Source: Chiloscyllium plagiosum (lineage: Eukaryota). From it: DNA of 64,000 bases. The DNA is taken from positions 76,339,817-76,403,816 of the forward strand of contig NC_057711.1 of the NCBI RefSeq assembly GCF_004010195.1, given 5' to 3'. Positions 40,228-51,640 of the stretch are shown here, in pieces. The translations under genes and the position numbers were made by a program. Position 1 is the stretch's first letter, and every line of letters starts with the position of its first letter. The notes beneath the pieces were generated by a model. The model did not search any database, was not told where the DNA came from, and was given only the letters and a program-made list of their open reading frames with translations.

Positions 40228-43200
40228 TTCACAGAATCACAATTGTTATGGTGCAGAAGGTGGTCATTTGGCCCATTGTGTCTGCACTACCTCTCACCGT
40301 TTACATGAGTACCAATCTCCAGCCTTTTCTCTCTAACCCTGAATGACTATTTAAATAGAAACAATGCCCTCTTTAAATATCTCTGTTAAACCTGCCTTCT
40401 TACCACAGTTCCAGGTTATGCATTCTAGGCAGAAGTTACTTAGTGTGAAATGTCTTTTTATCCCTTCACATTTTCTTCCTTTACAAAATTCCAAAAAATT
40501 GTGCCCTTTGCTTCTCAACCCTTTTATAAGAGGGAACTGTTTTTCCTATCTCCTGAATCCAGATCCCTTATGATTTTGTTTACTTTTTATCAGATATCCT
40601 CTTAACCCAATCCTCTCCAAGGTTAATAATCTCAATTCATAGTCATAGAGTCATACAGCATAGAAACAGGTACTTCACCCCACCATGTCCATGCCAACTT
40701 AAAAACATCAAATGCTATACAAATCCTATTTACCTGCAGTTTGTCCATAGACTAGTGTGTCCATGCATTTTAAGTACTCATCCAGATGCTGCTTAAAGGT
40801 TGCGAGAGTACCTGCCTCTGTCACCCTCTCAGGCAGCACTTTCCATATTTCAACCACCCTCTAAATAGAAAAAATGTTTCTCCTATCTCATCTAGACCAC
40901 TTGCTCATTATAAATTTATGCCCTCTAGTCTTAGATAAGTTTGCCTTGGGGAAGAGATTCTCGCAATCCACTGTGTCTATGGCTCTCATAATTTTATATA
41001 GCTCAGTCAGATCCCCCCTCAGCCTTGTCTGCTCCAAGGAAAACAAACGCAACTTATTCAGTCTCCCCTCATAACTCTTTCATCCCAGGCCACATCCTGG
41101 TCAATCTCCTCTGCATCCTCTCCAGTGCAGTTGCATCATTCTGATAGTGTGGCAACTAGACTGCACAGTATTCCATTTGTGGCCTGTCCAATGTTTTACA
41201 AAGTTGTAATAAGATTTCTTTGCTCCTACAGTCTCCACCCTGGCTAAAAAATACAAGCATCCCATCTGCCTTCATCATCTTGTCTACCTGTGCTGACATG
41301 TAGCGATCTGTGGACCTGTACACCAAAGGCCCTTTGTTCTTTTGTGCTCCCTAGGAACCTACCATTCATTATGTATATCCTTCCTTATTGGGCCTCCCAA
41401 AATTCTTCACTTCTCACTTATCAAATTCCATCTCCTAACTCTGCCGATTTACTAAATGATCAATATCAGACTGTAGCCTGAGATCATTCTCTTCACTATC
41501 AATAGTAACATCATCATTTTTTGCCATCTGCAAACTTACTAATTATACATGCTACATTAACATCAAATCTTTGAAGTGCATAACAGACAGTAAGGGTGCC
41601 AACACCTATCCCTATGATACCACTGGTCACTGGCTTCATTACAAAAACAACCCTCTACTATCAATCTTTACCTCTTATTTGTAATCCAGTTTGGGATCTG
41701 GTTTGCGAACTTGCAGTGGATCTTGTGTTTTGGACCAGCCTACTATGTGAGACTTTGTTTACTGAAGTTCATTTAAATCACGTCAACTGTACCCTCATCA
41801 GTATATTTAGTTACTTTTCAAAAATCTCAGTTAAATTTGTCAGACAGCATCCCCTCAACAAATCCATGCTGACTATCCTTGATCAATTCCTGTCTTTCCA
41901 AGTATTGATTGATCCTGTTCCTCAGAATTTTTTTCTGTAATTTCCCTATCACATGGTGTCAGGCTAAGCGCTCATACTTACCTGGCCCTGCTGCTCTCTT
42001 GAACAAAAGAACCACATTAGCTATCCTCCCGTCATCCTGTCCCAGTGAAGTATTAAATGTATTTGCCAGGGCCTCGGCAATCACCTCCTTTGCATCCCAT
42101 TGTAGCCTGCGATTAATTTCATCAGAACCTGGGGATTTATGCACAGATATGCCCACTAAAACATCTAATACCTCCTCCCAATTAATTTTAATGTTCTAGA
42201 GCTTCACCACCCCAACTGAAATCTCTAGCTACAATGTCTTTTCTGTGAATACAAAAGAGAAGTATTCATTTTGAGACATTACCCATGGCACTACATTTAG
42301 GTTGCCCTTCTGGTCTCTGAGATCCCACTCTTGCCCTGGTAATCCTCTTACTGTAATATATTTATAAATAGCCTTGGGGTTTTCCTTGATCCTATCTGCC
42401 AAAGATATTTCATGGCCCAGCTTTACCCTCTGAATTTGTTAAGCAACCTCCCCGCCACTCTATTTTTGTAGCATCTCCATTGTTTTTAATGTGCTGTACC
42501 TGACGCATGCCTCTTTCTTTTTCTTTATCAAACTCATGATATTGATGTCCAGACTTCCCTGGACTCACTGCACCTGTTCTTCACTCTTAAAGAACATAAT
42601 GGCCACTACTTTTAAAAGATTCTGAATTTCCATATGTAGATTTACCTGCAGTTAGCTGTGCCCAGTCTATGTTTGCCAGATCCTGTTTAATGACCTTGAA
42701 AAATGTAGATATTTAGCGCAGAAATTATCTTTATCTCTTTCCATAATGACTGAAACTTTGTTATGATCACTATCCTCAAAATATTCACCCACTGAAACTT
42801 CAACCACTTGATCGACTTCATTACCTAAGATTAGGTATGGCACTGCTCCATCTCTAGTTGGGATATCTACATACTTGTACAAAAAGCTCTCCTGGATGCC
42901 CTTTAAAAATTTCCACCATACCTAATCATTTCACACTAAGGCAGTTTCTCCAGTCTGACCACAAGTGTATCATCCCTGAAGCTAGTCTCATCCTTCCCGT
43001 AGTGTAGTGATTAGAACTGTACACAATACTCCAGCTCACCCTAACCAATATAGAAGTTCTTCGTAACTCCCCTGCTGTTTGTACATATGCCCCTATTAAT
43101 GTAGTCTAGAATGCTGAATGGTTTATTAACAGATCTGTCAATCTATCCTACTTGTAATAATGTATGTACATATATGCTTGGTGTCTCTGCTCCCAAGCAC

Positions 43201-45190
43201 ATTTTAAAATTGCACCTTTTTAAAAAATATAATCCTTCCATGTCCTTTGTACTCAGGTGCATCAGCTTACATTTCTATACATATGATTATCCATCAAGCT
43301 CGTACAGTGTGAAAGCAGGTCATGCAGCCCACTGAGTCCACATTGATCCTCTGAAGAGCACCCCACCCAGACCCACCCCCTACCCTATAACCTCATATTT
43401 CCTCTGGCCAATCCACCTAGCCTGCACAGTTAAGAGTATTTAAAGGAAACTGGAGCATAGATACTGAGAGAATTTGCAAATTCCACACAAATAGTCGGCT
43501 GTGGGTGGAATCAAACCTGGCTCCCTGGCACTGTGAGACAGCAGTGCTAACCGCTGAGCCACTGTGTCTTTCACTTACCTGTCTATTGCACCAACTTGTC
43601 AGTGTTCTTTTTGAAGTTCCACACAGTCGTCCTCACAGTTTAAAATTCTGCCAAGTTTTCTGTCATCCTCTAACTTTGAAATTGTCCCTGGACCACTCTG
43701 CTCCATACCAATCTTAGTGATATCCACTACAAAGTTGCTTCCAGCTTGAAAAATACCCCTTAACCATTAATCTTAGTATCCTATCCCTCAGCCAATCTTG
43801 TATCCATGCTGATACTCTTTGGTTTATTCCATGACCTATAACTTTCCTCTCATCACTGATATTTGACAAAATCTATAATATCTTTTGGAAATCATGTACA
43901 CTACCTCAACACCTTTGCTGTTATCAATCCCCTCCTTTTACTCTTTTTAAAAAGTCCTCCAAGTTAGTTAGACATGATTTTCCCTTTACATATCCATGCT
44001 GATTCTTTATCAAACAACTCAAAACTTTCCATATGACTATCAGTTCCATCCTAAATAAAGGTTTCTAAAGGTTTCCCCTCTACCAAAGTTAAAAATCACT
44101 GGTCTGTAATTGCTGAATCATCTTCATAAATCTTTATTTAAGAAAGCTGTATTGGTTGAAGTTCTCAAAGCTCTGGTGCCAACTGCAAATCTAGGAGAGA
44201 TTGAAAAGTTATTACCAGTGACTGTCTGTCTAATTTTTAGTCACTACCTTTTAATATCATTTCATGCAACTCATCCAGCTCTGGTTGTTATCAACATTCC
44301 TGATGAAGGGCTTTTGCCTAAAACATCAATTTTACTGCTCTTCGGATGCTGCCTGAACTGCTGTGCTCTTCCAGCACCACTAATCCAGAATCTGGTTTCC
44401 AGCATCTGCAATCATTGTTTTTACCTATCAACTTGGTACTGACAGTTATCCAATACCACCACCTAGTCAAATTTAATCCCTTCTCATGGCCAGGTTAACA
44501 CCTCTAGGCAGCATCTGTCTGGCAGGTTAAGATGGATGCAAAGTATTGTTTTAAGACCTCAGCCTCTTGTCTTCATAATCTCAATTGACATTATTTAATC
44601 TATTCGGAACTTTTTTCTACTGATGTACTAGACGTTTGTCCCAAAGTCATTTATGTTAGGTGCCAATTTTTACTGATCATCCTGTGTGCTGCACATATTT
44701 AAGTTTGCTATTCAACTTGGTTCTCAATTGAATTTATTACTCAGCACTTATCATAGGCACATCGTTGTTTCTTAATTTCTATGTCTTCCATCATCCAGGG
44801 AGCTCTGAATTTGTTGCCCTGTGTTTTCCTTTTGAGGGAATATATCTTAACTGTACCTGAATTGTCTGTAAGCCATTTGGACGAGGAGCTGTTTCTTCCA
44901 CCTACTTTGGCTCCAGTCTATTTGGCCCTGTCTTGTTCTTGTCAATGGAAGCCTGTTGTTTGCCAGAATAATTTCCCACTGTCACATGATATACTTGGCC
45001 CACCTAGTTTCCAAGAACTAGGTCTCGCAGTGCCTATTTCTTGTTGGACTGAGTACAAACTACTCTAGGAAATTCTTATAAATACAATCTAGGAATGCTT
45101 GTCCCTTACTGCCCCATATACTATAGGTTGTTTGAGTCCTTCCTTATAACTAGTACATGCAGATAAGACCTTTCTGTAACTTCCTTAGCA
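40228..45190 (-). mobile_element. Nested CR1 cluster: older CR1 (40228-40635, continuing from about 42945) interrupted by a 2.3-kb CR1 (40636-42940), a V-SINE (about 43300-43565) and a Penelope mini insertion
   Basis: Inner CR1 has a catagtcatagagtcat tail, KSPGSDEINRR and YVDIPTRDGAVPYLILGNE (APE C-terminus). Host sequence appears to resume after it. Confidence 0.78.
44296..44425 (+). mobile_element. Penelope-type mini insertion with decayed hammerhead and 7-bp TSD
   Basis: TSD tatcaac at 44289-44295 and 44426-44432. Begins attc-CTGATGA-A-GGGC-tttt-GCCT-aaaa-C-aTC. Confidence 0.8.
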
Positions 45191-45353
45191 TTAGTGATAG
45201 AGTGACTGGATGGCACTATATCCACAAACAAACAATCAAACCAGCTCCTCGGGCCTGGAATGTGTCAAGCTTCTTAGTGTTGTTGGAGCACGTGGGGAGT
45301 ATTCCATCATACTCTTGACTTGTGACTTAAAGATGCTAGATGAGCTTGGGAAG

Positions 45354-46510
45354 AGTGACGTTGCTGCTCCTTTAACAAGCTTATTCTGTCTTTTTTTTTC
45401 TCTTAGAAGGGCTGTAAAGGCAGAAGTTCTGATGTGTCTGGAAATATCTACTTGAAAAGGCTTTTAAGTGTTTTTAAAAACACTTGTACAATGAAAGGGG
45501 AGCGGCAGGTTCTCCCAGTTCAGGGTTTAGTTTGGTTTGGTTTTCGCAAGCTGTTTTGTTTAAAGCTGCTGATCCTCTCTCCTGTAAGAACCTGTGTTTT
45601 GATTTTACCTTTTTTGCTGAGGTGGTGTTTATGGGAATGTTGCAAGTATTTGGAACAGCAGCATTAAGTTGCAAAAAGAGTCGATTGGGTTTTTCAGATA
45701 GGTTAAGTTATTTTAAATTCGGTTCTCTTTTAGAGTCATAGAGATGGACAGCATGGAAACTGACCCTTCGGTCCAACCTGTCCATGCCGACCAGAAACCC
45801 CAACCCAATCTAGTCCCACCTGCCAGCACCCGGCCCATATCCCTCCAAACCTTTCCTATTCATATACCCATCCAGATGCCTCTTAAATGTTGTAATTGTA
45901 CCAGCCTCCACCACTTTCTCTGGCAGCTCATTTCATACGCGTACCTCCCTTTTCATGAAAACGTTGCCCCGTCGGTCTCTTTTATATTTTTCCCCTCTCC
46001 CCCTAAACCTATGCCCTCTAGTTCTGGTCTACCCCATCCCAGGGAAAAAGACTTGTCTGTTTATCCTGTCTATGCCCCTCATGATTTTGAATAAATCTAA
46101 GGTCACCCCTCAGCCTCCAACCTCCAGGGAAAACAGCCCCAACCTATTCAGCCTCTCCCTATAGCTCAAACCCTCCAACCCTGGAAACATCCTTGACAAT
46201 CTTTTCTGAATCCTTCGAAGTTTCACAATGTTGTCCTGATCGGAAGAATACCAGAATTGCACACAATATTCCAACAGTGGCCTAACCAATATCCTGGGCA
46301 GTTGCAACATGACTTCCCAACACCTATACTTTTGTTCATGTTTCATTTAATACTCTGTAAATAAATTCTGTTTTGTTTAAAACTGAGTGGTAGGGCCAGC
46401 TGCATCACTCTTGGAATATTCACTTTACACCTGCTTAAAACAACGTGCAAAGTCGGGGTCTGGGCTATCTTCATGAAATATTTTGAGGGGGTCTGACCTG
46501 GTCCATAACA
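45354..46510 (+). mobile_element. Solo LTR (Gypsy/ERV-type) with 4-bp TSD, interrupted by CR1
   Basis: gaag|aGTGACG...CCATAACA|gaag. Host LINE reads through once the element is removed (cttgggaag-tcagatgg). AATAAA near 46357. Confidence 0.7.
45730..46331 (-). mobile_element. CR1 LINE 3' fragment inserted in the solo LTR
   Basis: LVRPLLEYCVQFW...LSYRERLNRLGLFSLE, with an agagtcatagag tail. Confidence 0.93.
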
Positions 46511-46977
46511 GAAGTCAGATGGTGCATTACGCATTGTAGTATTCTCAGTCTTTGACCTGCCTCTAACCACTGTAATTATATGGCTAATGCATTTCAGTTT
46601 CTAGTCCATTATAAACCTCAGGTTGGTGATAGTGAAGGAATTCAGTAGTAATGCTATTGAATGTCAAAGGTTGATGATTTGACTCCTCCTTGGTGGTGTG
46701 AATGTTACTTGCCACCTGCCTGCCCAAGCCTGGATATTGTCGAGGTCTTGTTGCATTTGTACATGGACTGTTTCAATATGTGGGGAGTGCAACCATCAAC
46801 AAACATCCCCACTTCTAACATTTATGATGGAGGGAAGATCATTCTGAAGCTGCTGCAGATGGTTGGGCCAAGGGCACTATCCTGAGGATATTCTGGAGCT
46901 CAATTGGCTTACAACAACCGTGACTATGTTTTTTCTCTACCAGTTACTACTCCAATCTTTTCCCATTGATTCAGTCT

Positions 46978-47212
46978 CCTTGCACGTTCTCCCCATGTCT
47001 GCATGGGTTTCCTCTGGGTGCTCCGGTTTCCTCCCACAGTCCAAAGATGTGCAGGTAAGGTGAATTGGCTATGCTAAATTGCCTGTAGTGTTAGGTGCAT
47101 TAGTCAGGAGTGAATGTAGGACAATAGGTCCGGGTAGGTTGCTCTTTGAAGGGTCAGTGTGGACTTGTTGGGCCGAAGGACCTTTTCCACTCTTTAGGGA
47201 ATCTAATCTAAA
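46978..47212 (+). mobile_element. V-SINE, 5'-truncated
   Basis: Runs from the V-domain to the aatctaatct tail. Confidence 0.9.
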
Positions 47213-47959
47213 TCCTTGATGCCACACTTCATAAAACGCAGTCTCACCTCAACTCTGGAATTCAGTTCTTTTGTCCTTGTTTGAGCCCAAGCTGTACTGA
47301 GGTTAGGAGCTGACTGCCCTGAAGGACTTCAAACTGGGCATCACTAAGATGTTATTGTGACAAAGGTGCTGCTTGATAGCACTGTGGATGATACCTTTCA
47401 TCACTTTACTGATGATCAAGAGTAAACTGATGGGACGGGAATTGGCCAGGTTCAATTTAACCCATTTTTTGTGTAATTGTCCACATTCAGGTAGATGCCA
47501 GTGTCACAGCTATACTGGAATGGCTTGACTAGCGCTGCAGCAAATTCTGGATTACTATTACCAGAGTGTTATCTGGGCCCATAGTCTTTGTAGAATCCAC
47601 TGCCAAGATGGATCATTCACTCAGCACTTCTGTGAAGATTGTTGTCAATGTCTTTGCATTATTGGTGTATTGAGCTCTCCTATTATTGATGATTGGAACA
47701 TTTGTCGAGTCATCTCCAAGTTTTTAATTGTCCACTACAATTCACAACTGGTGTGCCAGGACTGCAGAGCTTAGATCTGATCCTTTGGTTGTGGAAACCA
47801 TTAATTCTGTCTATCATTTGCTGTTTATACCATTTGGCGCACAAGTCATCTTATTTTGTAGCTTCACCAAGTTGAAATCTTGTTTTAGGTTAGTCTAGTG
47901 CTGTTCTTGGTATGCCCTTTTGCACTCACCATTCAAATTGGGTTGATCCTTGGCTTAAT

Positions 47960-48450
47960 CCTTCCACAATCCAAAAATGTCCAGGTCAGGTGAATTGGCC
48001 AAAGTTAAATTGCCCGTAGTGTTAGGTGCATTAGTCAGAGGAAAATGGGTCTGGGTGGGTTTCTCTTCGGAGGGTCGGTGCAACTTGTTGGGCCAAAGGC
48101 CTGTTTCCACACTTTAGGGGCAGGACAGTGGCTCAGTGGTTAGTACTGCTGCCTCACAGCACCAGGGACCCGGGTTCAATTCCAGCCTCTAGCGACTGTC
48201 TGTGTGGAGTTTGTACATTCTCCCCTTGTCTGCGTGGGTTTCCTCTGGGTGCTCCGGTTTCCTCCCACAACCCAAAGATGTGCAGGCCAGGTGAATTGGC
48301 CATGCTAAATTGCCCATTGTGTTGGGTGTATTAGTTAGGTGTAAATATAGGGTTGGGAATGGGTCTGGGTGGGTTACTCTTCAGAGGGTCGGTGTGGACT
48401 TATTGGGGCGAAGGGCCAGTTTCCATACCATAAGGAATCTAATCTAATCT
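47960..48450 (+). mobile_element. Tandem V-SINEs (3' half at 47960-48117 plus full copy at 48118-48450)
   Basis: Second copy has A box gtggctcagtggtt, B box gggttcaattcc, V-domain and aatctaatct tail. Confidence 0.92.
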
Positions 48451-50017
48451 TAATGGTAATGTTCGAGTGGGGGATATGCTGGGCCAAGAGGTTGTAAATT
48501 ATGCTGGAGTACAGTTTAGTGACTGCTGATGGTCCACAGTGCCTCATGGATTCTCAGTCTTGTGTTGCTAGATTAATTTAACAGACAACATGATGTTTGA
48601 TATTATTCATGCGAAGGTGTGACTTTATCTTCACAAGGACCTTCCTGATATGGTCATGGACATCAGTGGCAAGCACTTTGGTAAGAATGAGGTCAAGTTG
48701 GGGTTTTCCCCTTTATTGATTCCCTCACCACCTGCACAGCCAGTACTACCAGCTCTCACCTTTAGGTCTCAACTAAATGGGTCAGGTAGTGTGACTGTCA
48801 AGCTACTCTTGATAGTCATTTGAAGTTTTCTCTACACCTTAATAATACATCCTGTGCCCTTGACAACCTGTGTACTTCTTCCAAGAGCTCTTCAACATAG
48901 AGTGCTAATTCTTCTCTGAAGTGGGGGAGGAGGGTTGCGTAGGCAGCAGGAGATTTCATGCCTAAGGTTGACCTAATACTATTCGATTTCATTGTGTCTG
49001 GAGTCAATTTTGAAGACTCTTCGGGCTGATCTCTCCTGACTGTATACCACTCTGCTGCTACCTCTGTTGAATCTACCCTGTTGTTGTGACAAAAAATACC
49101 TAAGGATGATTTTGGGACATTCTTTGCAAGGAATGTTTCCGTGAATAATCGGCCTAATTCAGGCTTTTGCTTGACTAGCCTGTGAGATAGCACTCCCAAT
49201 TTTGGCTCTAGCCCCCTGACATTAGAGGACATTGCAGGGTCAATAGAACTGTTTATGCAGTTGGTATTTCCGGGTCCTTCATTTATGCCAGGTGCTCTGT
49301 CCAGTTTCAGTCCTTTCTTCCTTTCTAGTGGTTGATACGACTGAATGGTTTGTTAAGACAATTGTTTCATGGTCATCAGTAGACATTTAATTACAATTCA
49401 GATTCCACTGTTTGGTTAAAACCCAATCCCCAGACCATTACCTGGGTCTCTGGATTAATAGTTCAACAATAATACCCCATAATCGTTGCCACTACATGCC
49501 ATCTCCATTGCTGTTGTCCACTGGGTGTAGGTATATCCACAATGCTGGTGGGGAGCAAGTTCGAGGATTTTGACCCTTCAACATTGACATCGTTGAAGTC
49601 AGATTCCATGTTTGTCTGAGTCTAAACCAAAAAGCTTTAGTAACCTCTCTCTCTTTTTATCAATATTTTCTGGTAGTTCAATTGCTTTTAAGCACTTTGC
49701 AATTGAGCAGAATGCAAAACTATTTGGGGAAGTTGATAGAAAATCAGTAAATGGTTCCAAGTCTAAAATTTCATTGCAGAAACGTATGTGTTTGTGATTT
49801 ATTTAAAAATTGAACTGAAATCCTGTAGACATTTCCTGAAGGGAATGGCATAATTAGGAAACCATGTAATAAAATGTTTCTGTGAACAATTGCTTTTTAA
49901 GGCAGTCATGGTAGCAATAATTTGTAACTGGCCTCATCTTCGAAAGGATATTGGCCCATGATGAAACATTTAACTTATGTGGCTTACCTTGAATCACATT
50001 GACTATTTTTGTTGCAG

Positions 50018-50206
50018 AACTATCCGTCCTGAACATCACGTGAGAGCAGTCTACAAAGCCACTGGATGTTTAGACAACGCAAACCACCGCGTGATTTATT
50101 TGGAACATGTTGTTGTCCGAGTCACCATTTCCCACCCTCGACGAGGTGACCTGGCAATATACCTGACCTCTCCATCTGGAACAAAGTCTCAGCTCTTGTC
50201 TAACAG
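50018..50206 (+). CDS. PCSK5: PCSK5 coding exon E (189 bp, phase 2-2), P domain with RRGDL
   Basis: ttgttgcag|A ACT...AAC AG|gtattt. Translates (R)TIRPEHHVRAVYKATGCLDNANHRVIYLEHVVVRVTISHPRRGDLAIYLTSPSGTKSQLLSN(R). Confidence 0.97.
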
Positions 50207-50632
50207 GTATTTGCATTTCACTATCAGCCATATTTAATTCCTTGATTCATTGCCAATGCCATGTCCTGATTGGTGATTGCTGTTAATGAAATTATTTCAT
50301 TTACTTGTATTAAACCTTTGCAATTCTGTATTCAGACTTTTAATTACAATTCAGATTCCACTATTTGTTTTGGTGGGATTGAAACCCAGTCCCTAGAACA
50401 TTACTTGGGTCTTTGGATCACTAGTTCAGCAATAATTTCACAAGAAATGAGGAATATTTCAGAAGAGTATAATAGTCATTGGTCATTCAAAATGATTGAC
50501 ATTATTTTATCTCCTACGTTATCTTCTTGTAAGGGACCGAATTCTATTTCTCCAGGTAGAAAATTTCACTGTACACATCCATAGTCATGGAAGGAAGATG
50601 CAGTGCACAAGATAACATGAGAGATGAAGGAT

Positions 50633-50940
50633 TGAGAGAAAATGAGGACTGCAGATGCTAGAGATCAGAGTCAAGAGTGTGGTGCTAGAAAAGCATAGCA
50701 GGTCAGATAGCATCCAAAGAGCAGGAGAATCAGTGTTTCAGGCATCAGCCCTTCACTGGCGTATTTCTGATTCCTTTGATTATGCCAGGTGCTCCAACCA
50801 GTTTCATTCCTTTCTTACTTTTTAGTGGTTGATACAACTGAATAGCTTAAGACAATTCATCAGGACTTAGGCCCGAAATGTCAATTCTCCTGCTCTTTGG
50901 ATGTTGTCTGACTTGCTGTGCTTTTCTAGCCCCACACTCT
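50633..50940. mobile_element. Fold-back Penelope-type element with a 100-bp foreign insert
   Basis: Minus arm 50633-50755 resumes at 50856-50865. Plus arm 50866-50940 begins cttaggcccgaaatgtc. Confidence 0.75.
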
Positions 50941-51189
50941 GAACAAATGAAGGATCGCGCAGATTTGGACACAGTAGGGTGGGTGGGGCACTCTTGGTTG
51001 GTAGAGGGTGGTTTACAGTTGGAGGAGATTAGAAATGGGAGCGGTGAGGCCACAGAGGTTTGAATTTTAATTAGTCATAGTGGATAATCAGGAGCTGTTG
51101 TAGACAGCATACATCAGGATTTGAGGTGAGCTAATGTTCTGAGGAGAGAAGCATGGCCAGTTGAACATTGGAAAAGCTGAGTTTGGAGG

Positions 51190-51640
51190 TACAGGTAATT
51201 CTGAGACAATGCGCATTTCGACAGCGCAATTTGGGCATAACTTTGCTGAAGAATTAGGGAACAATATTTTGGAGAACGTGTACCTCTGTTGGCAAAAGCA
51301 TGATTCCATCGGCGATTGGTTCATATGTTTCGTTCTGCGCATGCACCAATGTCTGTGCTGAAGTCTCTGCGCGTGCGCCAATGTCAGTTGCTGACAAAGT
51401 AGCTTTCTGAGAGACATACTGTACATAGAGCAGCTTTCTTACATTTTTAAATGTACTGACTTAAATTTACTTTTGTTTTATTAATAAATATGATTTCAAC
51501 CTTCATTTAGGTTATGCTGTACTTTGTGTTAGACTTTTAGGTGATTTTTGAGCGATTGAGAGTGATGTTTTTGCTGGTCTGCCCCAATCCCACTTTTCCT
51601 ACAGGCCCCATTCTTTCAATTAAGCAATTTTCTATTATAA
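51190..51640. mobile_element. Probable Tigger-like DNA transposon remnant
   Basis: TA|caggtaattct start, CpG-rich gcgca repeats, truncated by CR1 at 51640. The right TIR is not seen. Confidence 0.45.

Larger units (their letters stand above)
45195..49500 (-). mobile_element. Old LINE (APE-RT), internally deleted, host to LTR, CR1 and SINE insertions
   Basis: Minus ORF 48816-49232 SNVRGL...LFTETFL matches the APE endonuclease N-terminus. The RT C-terminal KSQVKSMMEYSP lies near 45295-45330. Confidence 0.75.

Noticed and set aside
48118..48190. tRNA gene
   Set aside because: A and B boxes are present but run directly into the V-SINE body. It is a SINE head, as are the similar heads at 15.2, 17.4 and 32.0 kb.
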